DNA of 64,000 bases from an uncultured Opitutia bacterium (GTDB taxonomy: Bacteria > Verrucomicrobiota > Verrucomicrobiia > Opitutales > Opitutaceae), in the NCBI GenBank assembly GCA_903825285.1, contig CAIJZY010000048.1, positions 8,231 to 72,230 of the forward strand, read 5' to 3'. The position numbers were made by a program, and so were the translations under genes. This document shows, in pieces, positions 38,169 to 46,405 of this stretch; the stretch's first letter is position 1; every line of letters begins with the position of its first letter. The notes beneath the pieces were generated by a model that searched no databases, was not told where the DNA came from, and saw nothing but the letters and a program-made list of their open reading frames with translations.

Positions 38169-38924
38169 TCAGGCAGGGACGAGTTCGGTCTTGACCCAGT
38201 CGTAGCCCTTGGCCTCGAGCTCGAGGGCGAGGGACTTGTCACCGCTCTTCACAATGCGGCCGTCCCACATCACGTGCACGTGATCGGGGACGATGTAGCC
38301 GAGCAGGCGCTGGTAGTGGGTGATCATGAGCACGCCGAGGTTCGTGCTGCGGAGGGCGTTCACGCCGTCGGCGACGATGCGGAGGGCGTCAATGTCGAGG
38401 CCGGAGTCGGTCTCGTCCATCAGCGCGAACTTGGGCTCGAGCATCGCCATCTGGAGGATCTCGCAGCGCTTCTTCTCGCCGCCGGAGAAACCGTCGTTGA
38501 TGGCGCGGGAGGTGAACTTCCGGTCCATCTTCAGGAGGTCCATCTTCGAGTAGAGGCGCTTGTAGTAGGCGGCCGCGTCGAGCTCCTCGCCCTCGCCCAT
38601 GCGGGCCTGGACGGCCGCGCGGAGGAAGTTGGCGATGGAGACGCCGGGAATCTCGCTCGGGTACTGGAACGCGAGGAACAGGCCGGCGCGCGCGCGCTCA
38701 TCGGGCTCCATCACCAGGATCGAGCGGCCGTCGAGCAGCACGTCGCCGGACGTGATCGTGTAGCTCGGGTGCCCGGCCACCGCCTTGGCGAGCGTGGACT
38801 TGCCGGTGCCGTTGGGCCCCATGATGGCGTGCACCTCGCCGCTGCGGACGGTGAGCGTGAGGCCCTTGACGATGGCCTTTTCGCCGATGGAGACGTGGAG
38901 ATCCTTGATATCGAGCTGGGACAT
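38169..38924 (-). CDS. sufC: Fe-S cluster assembly ATPase SufC
   Basis: 251 aa with Walker [10 protein letters not shown], signature FSGGEKKR and ITHYQRLL. Confidence 0.96.
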   Translation of the reverse strand: MSQLDIKDLHVSIGEKAIVKGLTLTVRSGEVHAIMGPNGTGKSTLAKAVAGHPSYTITSGDVLLDGRSILVMEPDERARAGLFLAFQYPSEIPGVSIANFLRAAVQARMGEGEELDAAAYYKRLYSKMDLLKMDRKFTSRAINDGFSGGEKKRCEILQMAMLEPKFALMDETDSGLDIDALRIVADGVNALRSTNLGVLMITHYQRLLGYIVPDHVHVMWDGRIVKSGDKSLALELEAKGYDWVKTELVPA

Positions 38925-38937
38925 GGCGGAAAAAGAA

Positions 38938-39067
38938 GCGGGTAGTGGGTGGCGGGTAGCTGGCAGGACGTGTGAGTCGTTAAGCGGGAGGAATGTGGTT
39001 GGTCGCGTGGGGAGGCTTGGAATGGAATTGTCCTACTCGCTACCCGCCACTCGATGCTCGCTACTCG
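38938..39067. repeat. GTAGCGG/GTAGTGG-word heptad inverted repeat between the Fur-family gene and sufC
   Basis: GCGGGTAGTGGGTGGCGGGTAGCTGGCAGG (38938-38967) faces CCTACTCGCTACCCGCCACTCGATGCTCGCTACTCG (39032-39067). The right arm overlaps the last codons of the Fur-family ORF. Confidence 0.8.
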
Positions 39068-39494
39068 TCAGCGGCGAAGCCTTGCCGCGGAAGGTGACCT
39101 CGACCGTGCGGGCGTCGTAGCCCGGGGGCAGGACGGCGCGGATCTGGGCGAGCAGCTCCGGCGTCAGGTTGACGTCATGGATCGTGCCGCTCTGTTCGTC
39201 GTGAAAATGCGCGTGCGGACGGAGATTCGGGCAGTACCGCGTGGGACCGCGCTCGAAGTGCACCGCCCGGACGAGGTCGCATTGCACCAGCGTCTCCAGG
39301 CAGTTGTAAACGGTGGCCAGCGAGATGCCCGGCATGTCGGCGCGGACCCGTGCGTAAACCTCATCCGCGGTGGGATGGTCGCGCTTCTTCAGCACCATCT
39401 CATAGATCATCTCGCGCTGCGGCGTCGCCCGGAGACCACTGTCCGCCAGACGCTGGGCCAGCACTTCGGAAGAGAGCTCAAGGGTCTGTTGCAT
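39033..39494 (-). CDS. Fur-family transcriptional regulator
   Basis: LRATPQREMIYEMVLKKRDHPTADEVYARVRADMPGISLATVYNCLETLV is the Fur winged-helix region. The HAHFHDE metal-site region lacks the CxxC pairs. The ATG at 39494 is preferred over the TTG at 39512. Confidence 0.8.
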   Translation of the reverse strand: MQQTLELSSEVLAQRLADSGLRATPQREMIYEMVLKKRDHPTADEVYARVRADMPGISLATVYNCLETLVQCDLVRAVHFERGPTRYCPNLRPHAHFHDEQSGTIHDVNLTPELLAQIRAVLPPGYDARTVEVTFRGKASPLTSSEHRVAGSE

Positions 39495-39511
39495 GGGAGG
39501 AAGTTCAAGCA

Positions 39512-39557
39512 ATTGGAATGGTTCTCAGTTGCAAGTGAGATTTAGAACTATTCCAAT
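39512..39557. promoter_or_regulatory. AT-rich palindrome, candidate operator: ATTGGAATGGTTC-N20-GAACTATTCCAAT
   Basis: The 13-nt arms (39512-39524 and 39545-39557) match at 12 of 13 positions. It lies 18-63 nt upstream of the Fur-family ATG, in the most AT-rich stretch of the window. Confidence 0.5.
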
Positions 39558-39583
39558 GATATACGTAGTCTTATCCCTGCCAA
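39556..39583 (-). promoter_or_regulatory. Possible sigma-70-type promoter of the fur-suf unit (TTGGCA-16 nt-TATCAT)
   Basis: Read on the minus strand. The -10 element abuts the palindrome. The assignment rests on consensus resemblance only. Confidence 0.3.
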
Positions 39584-39590
39584 CGAGTTC

Positions 39591-40121
39591 CTAATGATGC
39601 CAACACCAGTGCCAGGGCTCGTAGCCGATGCCGTGGCGGTTTTTTCGGGGGTAGGAGAGCCGAAATCCAAATTTTCGAGCATGCGCGAAGAGCCAGCGAA
39701 ACTCCCGCGTGCGGGCGAATCCGGCCTCCAAACGGAGATTGGATGGAGATCCAATATCAAGTGCGCGTCCGGTGTGGTGTTCGCTGTGGCCGGGGGCGGC
39801 GACGAGCCGGAGAATGGCGGTGACCGTTTTGCCGGCGGCGAGCTTGGCGCGGATGATCGCGGCCTGGCGCGCGACGCTGCGGTAGCCGGACAAGGGCAGC
39901 AGGCGAATGCCATCCGCGGCCGCGGCCTTCTGCATCGCCCGCCAGGCGGTGGCTGCGCGCGGAGTGAGGCGCACCGGCCGGCCGTCGTCCGCGGCCCGGC
40001 CGATCGAGACGAGCCGCACCGCCACGCGCTGCCAGGGAATCTGCCGGCGCGCCTCGTAGTCCGCCGGGATGCCAAGCCGGCGATGGAGTCGGCGGAGCTG
40101 GGTGCGGGAATAGACCGGCAT
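39591..40121 (-). CDS. M15-family D-alanyl-D-alanine carboxypeptidase (VanY-like)
   Basis: SGYRSVARQ...PGHSEHHTGRALDI...EPWHW is the VanY/M15 zinc-site pattern. Confidence 0.8.
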   Translation of the reverse strand: MPVYSRTQLRRLHRRLGIPADYEARRQIPWQRVAVRLVSIGRAADDGRPVRLTPRAATAWRAMQKAAAADGIRLLPLSGYRSVARQAAIIRAKLAAGKTVTAILRLVAAPGHSEHHTGRALDIGSPSNLRLEAGFARTREFRWLFAHARKFGFRLSYPRKNRHGIGYEPWHWCWHH

Positions 40122-40240
40122 GGCGCCACCACAGACGATCCGGCGGCGGCGGTCGAGGACTTGCGCGTGGCGCCGTCAATTTCCCGTCCTAGACAAAGCC
40201 CGGCCGATGCCTACGCTTTTTCTTCTGCGGTCACCCCGAC

Positions 40241-40271
40241 CCCAGAACCTGAACCCCTGATTCCTGAACCC
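40241..40271. repeat. CTGAACC-word repeat forming the leader of the DUF5069-like gene
   Basis: CCCAGAACCTGAACCCCTGATTCCTGAACCC ends immediately before the ATG at 40272. Confidence 0.7.
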
Positions 40272-40712
40272 ATGAGTACCTATGTCCCCCTGATCAGCTC
40301 TGGCACCGCCGGCCCCCTGGGCGTGCTGCACCTCCCGCGCTTTTGGCTCAAGGCCTCCCTCGAGGCCTGCGGCAAGCTCGACAGCCGCTATCCCGGCTGC
40401 GGCAAGGGCTACGACCAGATGACGCTCGACGCGCTCGGCCTGAAGAAGGACGCCGTCCTCGCCTTTATCAAGTCCAGCCGCCCGACCTATCCCCAGCTCG
40501 AGGCCTGGGTCAAGCAGCAGCCCGGCGTGAAGCTCGACAAGGCCACGGTCGAGAAGCACAACGCGGCGGTCCGCGGCTACAATCACGACGACGCCACCCG
40601 CCAGGGCGTCCTCAAGAACAACGGCCTGCCGGACGACGGCTCCGTCAAGGACGCGGTCCGGCTCAACGATCTCGACAGCTGGCAGGAATTCCACGCCGAC
40701 GTCCTGAAATAA
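40272..40712 (+). CDS. DUF5069-like small cytoplasmic protein
   Basis: The track ORF 39594..40712 is trimmed to the ATG at 40272, because the upstream part is antisense to the VanY-like gene. The family assignment of LHLPRFWLKASLEACGKLDSRYPGCGKGYDQMTLDALG is from memory. Confidence 0.6.
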   Translation: MSTYVPLISSGTAGPLGVLHLPRFWLKASLEACGKLDSRYPGCGKGYDQMTLDALGLKKDAVLAFIKSSRPTYPQLEAWVKQQPGVKLDKATVEKHNAAVRGYNHDDATRQGVLKNNGLPDDGSVKDAVRLNDLDSWQEFHADVLK

Positions 40713-40738
40713 CGCCGGCGCGCACGCGTTTTTTTCCC

Positions 40739-40769
40739 ACGCCGCCCATGGCCGGGCGGCGTTTTTTTT
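40739..40769 (+). terminator. Rho-independent terminator
   Basis: ACGCCGCCC-ATGGCC-GGGCGGCGT followed by a run of 8 T, 27 nt after the stop codon. A T7 run precedes it at 40729-40735. Confidence 0.85.
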
Positions 40770-40791
40770 GGCCGCAGGACCGCAGGGCGCC

Positions 40792-40872
40792 GGAAATTCG
40801 AAGGGCAAAATCCGAAATTCGGGCGAATTTCCAAGCTCCGGCCTCCGGCCTTGGAGCTTAACTCGAATTTCG
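40792..40872. repeat. Cluster of GAAATTCG/CGAATTTC palindromic words around a 27-nt hairpin
   Basis: GGAAATTCG lies at 40792-40800. GAAATTCG-GG-CGAATTTC spans 40814-40831. The hairpin AAGCTCCGGCC-TCC-GGCCTTGGAGCTT spans 40833-40859. CTCGAATTTCG lies at 40862-40872. Confidence 0.75.
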
Positions 40873-40915
40873 TGTTTTGATCTGCGTGCTTCCGTCCGCC
40901 GTCCGCGGCGGGCGG

Positions 40916-41860
40916 CTAGCCCCCATGCTCGGCCAGCCAGCGCTCCGCCTCGATGGCGGCGGCGCAGCCCATGCCGGCGGCAGTGATGGCCTGGCGGTAG
41001 ACGTGGTCGGAGCAGTCGCCTGCGACGTACACGCCCGGGACGTTCGTCTGCACCTGCGAGCCGGGCTGCGGCTTGAAGTAGCCGCCCTCGTCCACGGCCA
41101 GCGGCGGCGCGAACGGGCCCGTGTTCGGAATGTGGCCGATGGCGACGAAGATGCCCTTCACCGGGAGCACGGTCTCGGCGTTGGTCTTCACGTGGCGGAC
41201 CTTGAGCCCGCTCACGGCGCCCTCCTTCACGCCGAGCACCTCGACCGGCACGCTGTCCCAGACCATCTGGATCTTCTCATGCGTCGTGGCGCGCTCGGCC
41301 ATGATCTTCGAGGCGCGCAGCGCGTCGCGGCGGTGGACGAGATAGACCTTGCTCGCGAAGCGGGTAAGGAAGAGGGCCTCCTCCGCGGCGCTGTCGCCGC
41401 CGCCGAGCACTGCGACCTCCATCTTGCGGTAGAACGCGCCGTCGCATGTCGCGCAGGTCGTCACGCCCTTGCCGCCGTAAAGCTCCTTCTCGCCCGGGAT
41501 GCCCGTCATGCGGGGCGAGGCGCCGGTGGCGACGATGACGCTCTTGGCGAGGATCGTGCGGTCGCCGAGGTGCAGCTTGCGGGGCATCGACGAGAAATCG
41601 ACCGACGACACCAGCGCCTGCTCGAAGCGCGTGCCGAAGCGCGTGGCCTGCTCGCGCATGTTCTGCGTGAGCTGGAAGCCGTCCACGCCGTGCGGGAAGC
41701 CGGGGAAGTTTTCCACCTCGCTGGTCGTCGTGAGCTGTCCGCCGGGCAGCGGGCCCTCGAGCACGAGCGGGTTGAGGCTGGCCCGCGCGGTGTAGATGGC
41801 GGCGGTGAGACCCGCGCAGCCGGTGCCGATGATGACGACGTTTTCGACTTGGTCGGACAT
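40916..41860 (-). CDS. trxB: Thioredoxin-disulfide reductase
   Basis: 314 aa with the redox-active CATCDG, FAD and NADPH GxGxxA/G motifs, and HRRDALRA. Confidence 0.95.
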   Translation of the reverse strand: MSDQVENVVIIGTGCAGLTAAIYTARASLNPLVLEGPLPGGQLTTTSEVENFPGFPHGVDGFQLTQNMREQATRFGTRFEQALVSSVDFSSMPRKLHLGDRTILAKSVIVATGASPRMTGIPGEKELYGGKGVTTCATCDGAFYRKMEVAVLGGGDSAAEEALFLTRFASKVYLVHRRDALRASKIMAERATTHEKIQMVWDSVPVEVLGVKEGAVSGLKVRHVKTNAETVLPVKGIFVAIGHIPNTGPFAPPLAVDEGGYFKPQPGSQVQTNVPGVYVAGDCSDHVYRQAITAAGMGCAAAIEAERWLAEHGG

Positions 41861-42011
41861 AAAATGGGGGGTGAGCGCTGAACTGAGCCCAACAATTCGG
41901 TTGGCGCAATCCCGGAGATGCTCCCGGGCCTCGGCCTTACGGTTTTTTCACGGCGCGGCGGGAGCATTCGCCGTTGCCCGCGACGGCGGCCCCGGCTTGC
42001 ATGGCCGCACC

Positions 42012-43169
42012 ATGCCCGACCCCGCGGCGCCGCCGTCCCGGCCCTTCCGCATCGACACCCACTGCGACACGCCGACGGCGTGGCTGATGCGCGACGACTG
42101 GGACTTCGGCGCGGCGCACACCGTGGCCGGCGACCGCTCGCAGGTGGACCTGCCGCGGATGGCCGCGGGTGGCATCGACGCGATGGTTTTCGCCGTCTAC
42201 AGCACGCAGGCGGCGCGGGTCCCCGCCGGCCACGCGATGGCCACGGCGCGCGCGCGCGCGGTGCTGGAGCGCACGCGCGAAGTGATCGGCCGCCACGCCG
42301 CGCGGTGCGGGCTGGCCCTGACCGCCGCCGACGGCCCGCGGCTGCAGGCGGCGGGACGGAAAGCGATCTACCTCAGCATCGAGAACAGCTACTCCCTCGG
42401 CCGCGACACGGGCAACGTCGCGGCGTTCCAGGCCCTCGGCGTGCGGATGCTCGGGCTCACCCACATGTTGCACAACGACCTCGCGGATTCGTCCACCGAC
42501 CCCCGCGGGCCGGAGTGGGGCGGGCTGAGCCCGTTCGGCCGCGAGGTGGTGGCCGAGTGCAACCGGCTCGGGCTGGTGCTGGACGCCTCGCACGCCTCGG
42601 ACGCGGCGCTCGCGCAGCTGCTCGCGTGCTCGCGCACGCCCGTGCTGCTTTCCCACAGCGGCTGCCGCGCGGTCTGCGACCACCCGCGGAACATCGGCGA
42701 CGACCTGCTCCGCGCCCTCGCCGCCCAGGGCGGCGTCATCGCGCTCAACGCCCTGCCCATCGCCGTCGTGCCGACGCGCGAGGACGGCCGCACCGCCGCG
42801 CTGTCGGCGATGCTGCTGAAGCTCGGCGACTCGGTGCTAACGCCCGACGTGCTGGCGGCGGCGGAACGCGAGTGGCACCGGATCGAGGCGCTGTACCCGA
42901 ACCCGCCGGCCACGCTGGCGGACTACGTGCGGCACGTGACGCATGCCGTGCGCGTCGCCGGCATCGATCATGTGGGCGTCGGATGCGACTTTGACGGCGG
43001 CGGCGGCGTGACGGGACTCGGCGATGTCGGCGAGTTTCCCAATCTCACCCGGGCACTGCAGGCGGAGGGCTTCAGTGCGTCCGACCTCGCGAAGCTCTGG
43101 GGCGGCAACGTGCTCCGCGTGCTGGAGCGAGCGGAAGCGGCTGCGCTGGAGTTGATAGTTGATGGTTGA
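42012..43169 (+). CDS. Membrane dipeptidase (M19 family)
   Basis: The track ORF is trimmed to the ATG at 42012. FRIDTHCDTP, GLTHMLHNDLADS and DASHASD are M19 motifs. Confidence 0.85.
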   Translation: MPDPAAPPSRPFRIDTHCDTPTAWLMRDDWDFGAAHTVAGDRSQVDLPRMAAGGIDAMVFAVYSTQAARVPAGHAMATARARAVLERTREVIGRHAARCGLALTAADGPRLQAAGRKAIYLSIENSYSLGRDTGNVAAFQALGVRMLGLTHMLHNDLADSSTDPRGPEWGGLSPFGREVVAECNRLGLVLDASHASDAALAQLLACSRTPVLLSHSGCRAVCDHPRNIGDDLLRALAAQGGVIALNALPIAVVPTREDGRTAALSAMLLKLGDSVLTPDVLAAAEREWHRIEALYPNPPATLADYVRHVTHAVRVAGIDHVGVGCDFDGGGGVTGLGDVGEFPNLTRALQAEGFSASDLAKLWGGNVLRVLERAEAAALELIVDG

Positions 43170-43245
43170 AATTTGAAAGACTGGGGAGCGGACCTGGGAG
43201 CCGCTCGTGGAGCTGGCTTTCAACTTTCAACTGTCAGTTTTCAAC
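43151..43245. repeat. GTTGAAA-word heptad inverted repeat (locus 4) between convergent genes
   Basis: GTTGATAGTTGATGGTTGAAATTTGAAAG (43151-43179) includes the last dipeptidase codons. It faces CTTTCAACTTTCAACTGTCAGTTTTCAAC (43217-43245). Confidence 0.85.
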
Positions 43246-43279
43246 TGGCAGCAGCAGTTGCTGCCGCTGCTGTCTCCGC

Positions 43280-44239
43280 TCACGGCTTCGCCGTGCTCTC
43301 GGAAAGCGTGGCGTCGGGCGCGTTCGGTGGCGGGCCCTGGGGCCGAAGCGTCTTGGCGAAATAGGCGTCCTCCAGCGCATGGATGTCCGGGGCCTCGAAG
43401 GCGGCGCCGGCGTGGCCGGCGCCGTGGATGACATGGAGGTGGACGCCGAGGTTCTTCGCCACGAGCCCGTCGTAAAGCAGCCGCGCCTGCTCGAGCGGCA
43501 CGAGCGGGTCCTGGTCGCCGTGGATCAGCAGCATCGGCGGCGTCTGGGCGTCGGCGAAGAGGAGCGGGTTGGACGCGTTGGTCGGCACGGGCACCTGCGC
43601 GGGCGGGCCGCCGAGGAGCATGATGATGTCCGCGGCGGTGGTGGTGCCGGCGGCCTGCGCGCTGGCGTAGAGCTTGGCCAGGTCGGAGGGGGCGGACAGG
43701 GCGCAGACGGCGGCGACGTGGCTGGGCTGGTCGAGGGAGCCGCCGCTCTCGTAGAGCAGGCAGGAATTCATCGCGCCGAGGAGCACGGCGAGGTGGCCGC
43801 CGGCGTCGGGGCCGATCACGCCGATGTGCTCGGGGTCGAGGCCGAGCCGGGTGGCGTTGGACCGCAGCCAGCGGACCACGGACTTGACGTCCTCAATCTG
43901 CCCGGGGAAGCCGCAGTCCGGGCTGAGCCGATAGTTGGCGCAGGCGGCCACGTAACCCTGGGCGACGAAGCGCAGGGCGCGCTCGCGCTCGTCGGCCTTG
44001 TCGCCCCCGTGCCAGCCGCCGCCGTGGAGGCAGAGGATGACCGGCCGCGGCGCGGTGAGCCGGCCGGTGGGCAGGTAGAGGTCGAGCGTCCGCAGCGGAC
44101 CGTCGTCGTAGGGCAGATTGCGGCGGAGCGTCACGCCGGCGGGCAGGGGCTCCTCGACGACGCTTGCCTGGCCCGCGGCCCGGGCGGGCAGGAGCAGGGC
44201 GGCGAGCAGGGCGGCGGGGAGCAGGGGATGGAGTTTCAC
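43280..44239 (-). CDS. Secreted alpha/beta-hydrolase (esterase/lipase type)
   Basis: Signal peptide, an oxyanion-region motif LHGGGWHGGD, and a C-terminal HGDQD...HGAGH. It overlaps the helicase stop by 4 nt. Confidence 0.8.
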   Translation of the reverse strand: MKLHPLLPAALLAALLLPARAAGQASVVEEPLPAGVTLRRNLPYDDGPLRTLDLYLPTGRLTAPRPVILCLHGGGWHGGDKADERERALRFVAQGYVAACANYRLSPDCGFPGQIEDVKSVVRWLRSNATRLGLDPEHIGVIGPDAGGHLAVLLGAMNSCLLYESGGSLDQPSHVAAVCALSAPSDLAKLYASAQAAGTTTAADIIMLLGGPPAQVPVPTNASNPLLFADAQTPPMLLIHGDQDPLVPLEQARLLYDGLVAKNLGVHLHVIHGAGHAGAAFEAPDIHALEDAYFAKTLRPQGPPPNAPDATLSESTAKP

Positions 44240-46245
44240 CAGGCGTAGCTGCGCTTGATCTTCAAGGGCTCGTAGAGCTCGGAGGGCAATTCCAGAATGA
44301 ACCGGCTCGGCGTGAGCATCATCCCGCCGGGGCCGGCGCGGGACGCGATCTTCGGGTAGCTGAGGTAGAGCTCGTTGCGGGCGCGGGTGACGGCGACGTA
44401 GAACAGCCGGCGCTCCTCCTCGACGTCGCCGGCCTCGATCGCGCGGCGGCCGGGGAACTGGCCGTCGGCGAGCCCGATGAGGAACACCACGTCGTACTCG
44501 AGGCCCTTGGCCTGGTGCACGGTGGTGAGCTTGACCGCGTCGGCGTCGGGATCCACCTGGCGGTCGCTCGTCTCGGAGTTGAGCAGCATGATCTGCGCGA
44601 GGAAGTCCTGCATCTCCTCAAACCGGCCGGCGAAGCCCACCAGCGCCTTCAGCTCGTCGAGCCGGTCCGCGTAGTCGGCGAACGCGCCCTTCAGGTAGTC
44701 GCCGTACCAGCCGTCGATCGCGGTCTCGACGGCCGCGCTGGGCGCCTCGGTGCGCATGACCTCGGCCACCTGCGCGAGCGAGTCGCAGAAGGCCTGCCAG
44801 TCGTCGCGCGCGTCCTTTGCCACCTTGCTCTTCACGTCGTCGCTCGGCAGCACGTCGAGGAAGTTCTTCTGCAGCAGCCGCGCGTGGTCGTGGGCGGCGG
44901 CGTAGATCTTCTGCGCGCCCTTCTCCCCGATCTTCGGCAGGAGGACGGCGATGCGCTGCCACGCGAGGGCGTCGCTGGGGTTGTAGACGAAGCGCAGCAG
45001 CGCGACGGCGTCGCGGATGTGCTGCCGCTCGAAGAACTTCACGCCGCTCGTGATGTGGTACGGCAGCCCGGCGCGCGACAGCGCGAGCTGCACCTCGAGC
45101 GCGAGGAAGTGCGAGCGGTAGAGGATCGCGATGCCGCTGAGCGAGACGCCCTCGTCCTCCACCAGCGAGCGGATCCGCTTGAGGATGAACTCGGCCTGCT
45201 CGCGGTCGTCCATCGTCTGCACGAGAAAGGGCTTCTGCGCGTGGCCGCGGGCGGCGCGGAGCTCCTTGTCGAAGTGGCGGCCCTTGGGCTGGGCAAGGAG
45301 GACGCCGTTGGCGAGGTTGAGGATCTCGGGCGTCGAGCGGTAGTTCGTCTCGATCCGGTGGATGACGGTGCCCGGGTGCCGGTCGGGGAACGTCATGATG
45401 TTCTCGAAGTCGGCGCCGCGCCACGAGTAGATGCACTGGGCGTCATCGCCCACCGCCATCACGCAGTGGTGCGCGGCGAGCCGGTCCACGATCTGCGCCT
45501 GGATCGTGTTGGTGTCCTGGTACTCGTCCACCAGCACGTGCCGGAAGCGGTGCGCGAAGTACTGCGCGACCTCGGGCGCCTTGGTCAGGAGGTCGAGCCA
45601 GAGCTCGAGGAGGTCGTCGTAGTCCACCACGTTCTGCGCGCGCTTCCGCGCCGTGTACGCGGTGGCGAAGGCGGGGAACCGGTCGCTGATCTCGGCGTAC
45701 TGCGGGAAGTTCCGGGTAACGGTGTCGGCGATCGAGGCCTGGGTGTTGCGGGCGAGGGAGAGGACGTCGAAGAGCGGGCCGGGCCGCGGGTGGGTCTTGT
45801 CCTTGAAGAAGCCCTTGTCCGCGGCCTCCACCGTCTGCTTGAGCAGGGCCTCGGACTCGTCGGCGTCGAGGATGGTGAAGTTGCGCGGCAGCCCGACGGC
45901 CTCGCCGTACATCCGCAGCGCGCGGTGGCCGAGGGAGTGGAACGTGCCGCCCCAGAAGCGCGCCGGCTCCATGCCGGTGAGGTCCTGCACGCGGTGGAGC
46001 ATCTCCTTCGCGGCCTTGTTGGTGAACGTGAGCAGGAGGATCTCGCCCGGCTTCACGCCCTGGGCCAGCAGGTAGGCGACGCGGTAGGTGAGGGTGCGGG
46101 TCTTGCCGGAGCCGGCGCCGGCCAGCACCAGCAGCGGGCCGGGCGGCGCCGTGACGGCGGCGTACTGCTCGTCGTTCAGCTGCGCGCGGAAGTCGATCGG
46201 CGGAATGCCATCGGGCGGGCGCGGGGCGTCGAGCGAGAGTTCCAT
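44236..46245 (-). CDS. UvrD/PcrA/Rep-family ATP-dependent DNA helicase
   Basis: Motif I AGAGSGKTRTLTYRVAYLL, DEYQDTN, TVHQAKGLEYDVVF and YVAVTRAR. The start is at 46245 (MELSLD) or 46269. Confidence 0.9.
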   Translation of the reverse strand: MELSLDAPRPPDGIPPIDFRAQLNDEQYAAVTAPPGPLLVLAGAGSGKTRTLTYRVAYLLAQGVKPGEILLLTFTNKAAKEMLHRVQDLTGMEPARFWGGTFHSLGHRALRMYGEAVGLPRNFTILDADESEALLKQTVEAADKGFFKDKTHPRPGPLFDVLSLARNTQASIADTVTRNFPQYAEISDRFPAFATAYTARKRAQNVVDYDDLLELWLDLLTKAPEVAQYFAHRFRHVLVDEYQDTNTIQAQIVDRLAAHHCVMAVGDDAQCIYSWRGADFENIMTFPDRHPGTVIHRIETNYRSTPEILNLANGVLLAQPKGRHFDKELRAARGHAQKPFLVQTMDDREQAEFILKRIRSLVEDEGVSLSGIAILYRSHFLALEVQLALSRAGLPYHITSGVKFFERQHIRDAVALLRFVYNPSDALAWQRIAVLLPKIGEKGAQKIYAAAHDHARLLQKNFLDVLPSDDVKSKVAKDARDDWQAFCDSLAQVAEVMRTEAPSAAVETAIDGWYGDYLKGAFADYADRLDELKALVGFAGRFEEMQDFLAQIMLLNSETSDRQVDPDADAVKLTTVHQAKGLEYDVVFLIGLADGQFPGRRAIEAGDVEEERRLFYVAVTRARNELYLSYPKIASRAGPGGMMLTPSRFILELPSELYEPLKIKRSYAW

Positions 46246-46286
46246 GCGGTGCCGCCCACGCTCATGCAAAGCGGAGCGTTTCGCTA

Positions 46287-46384
46287 GTTGAAAGTTGGGC
46301 GGGTGAGAATTGCCTGCAGGGAACCGAGAAAAATGCCGGCGGGCCTGCGTCCGGCCCTCAACTTTCAGCCATCAACTTTCAACC
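46287..46384. repeat. GTTGAAA-word heptad inverted repeat (locus 5) between proB and the helicase gene
   Basis: GTTGAAAGTTGGG (46287-46299) faces CTCAACTTTCAGCCATCAACTTTCAACC (46357-46384). Confidence 0.8.
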
Positions 46385-46405
46385 CCGGCGCCGTCCCGGC
46401 GCCGG

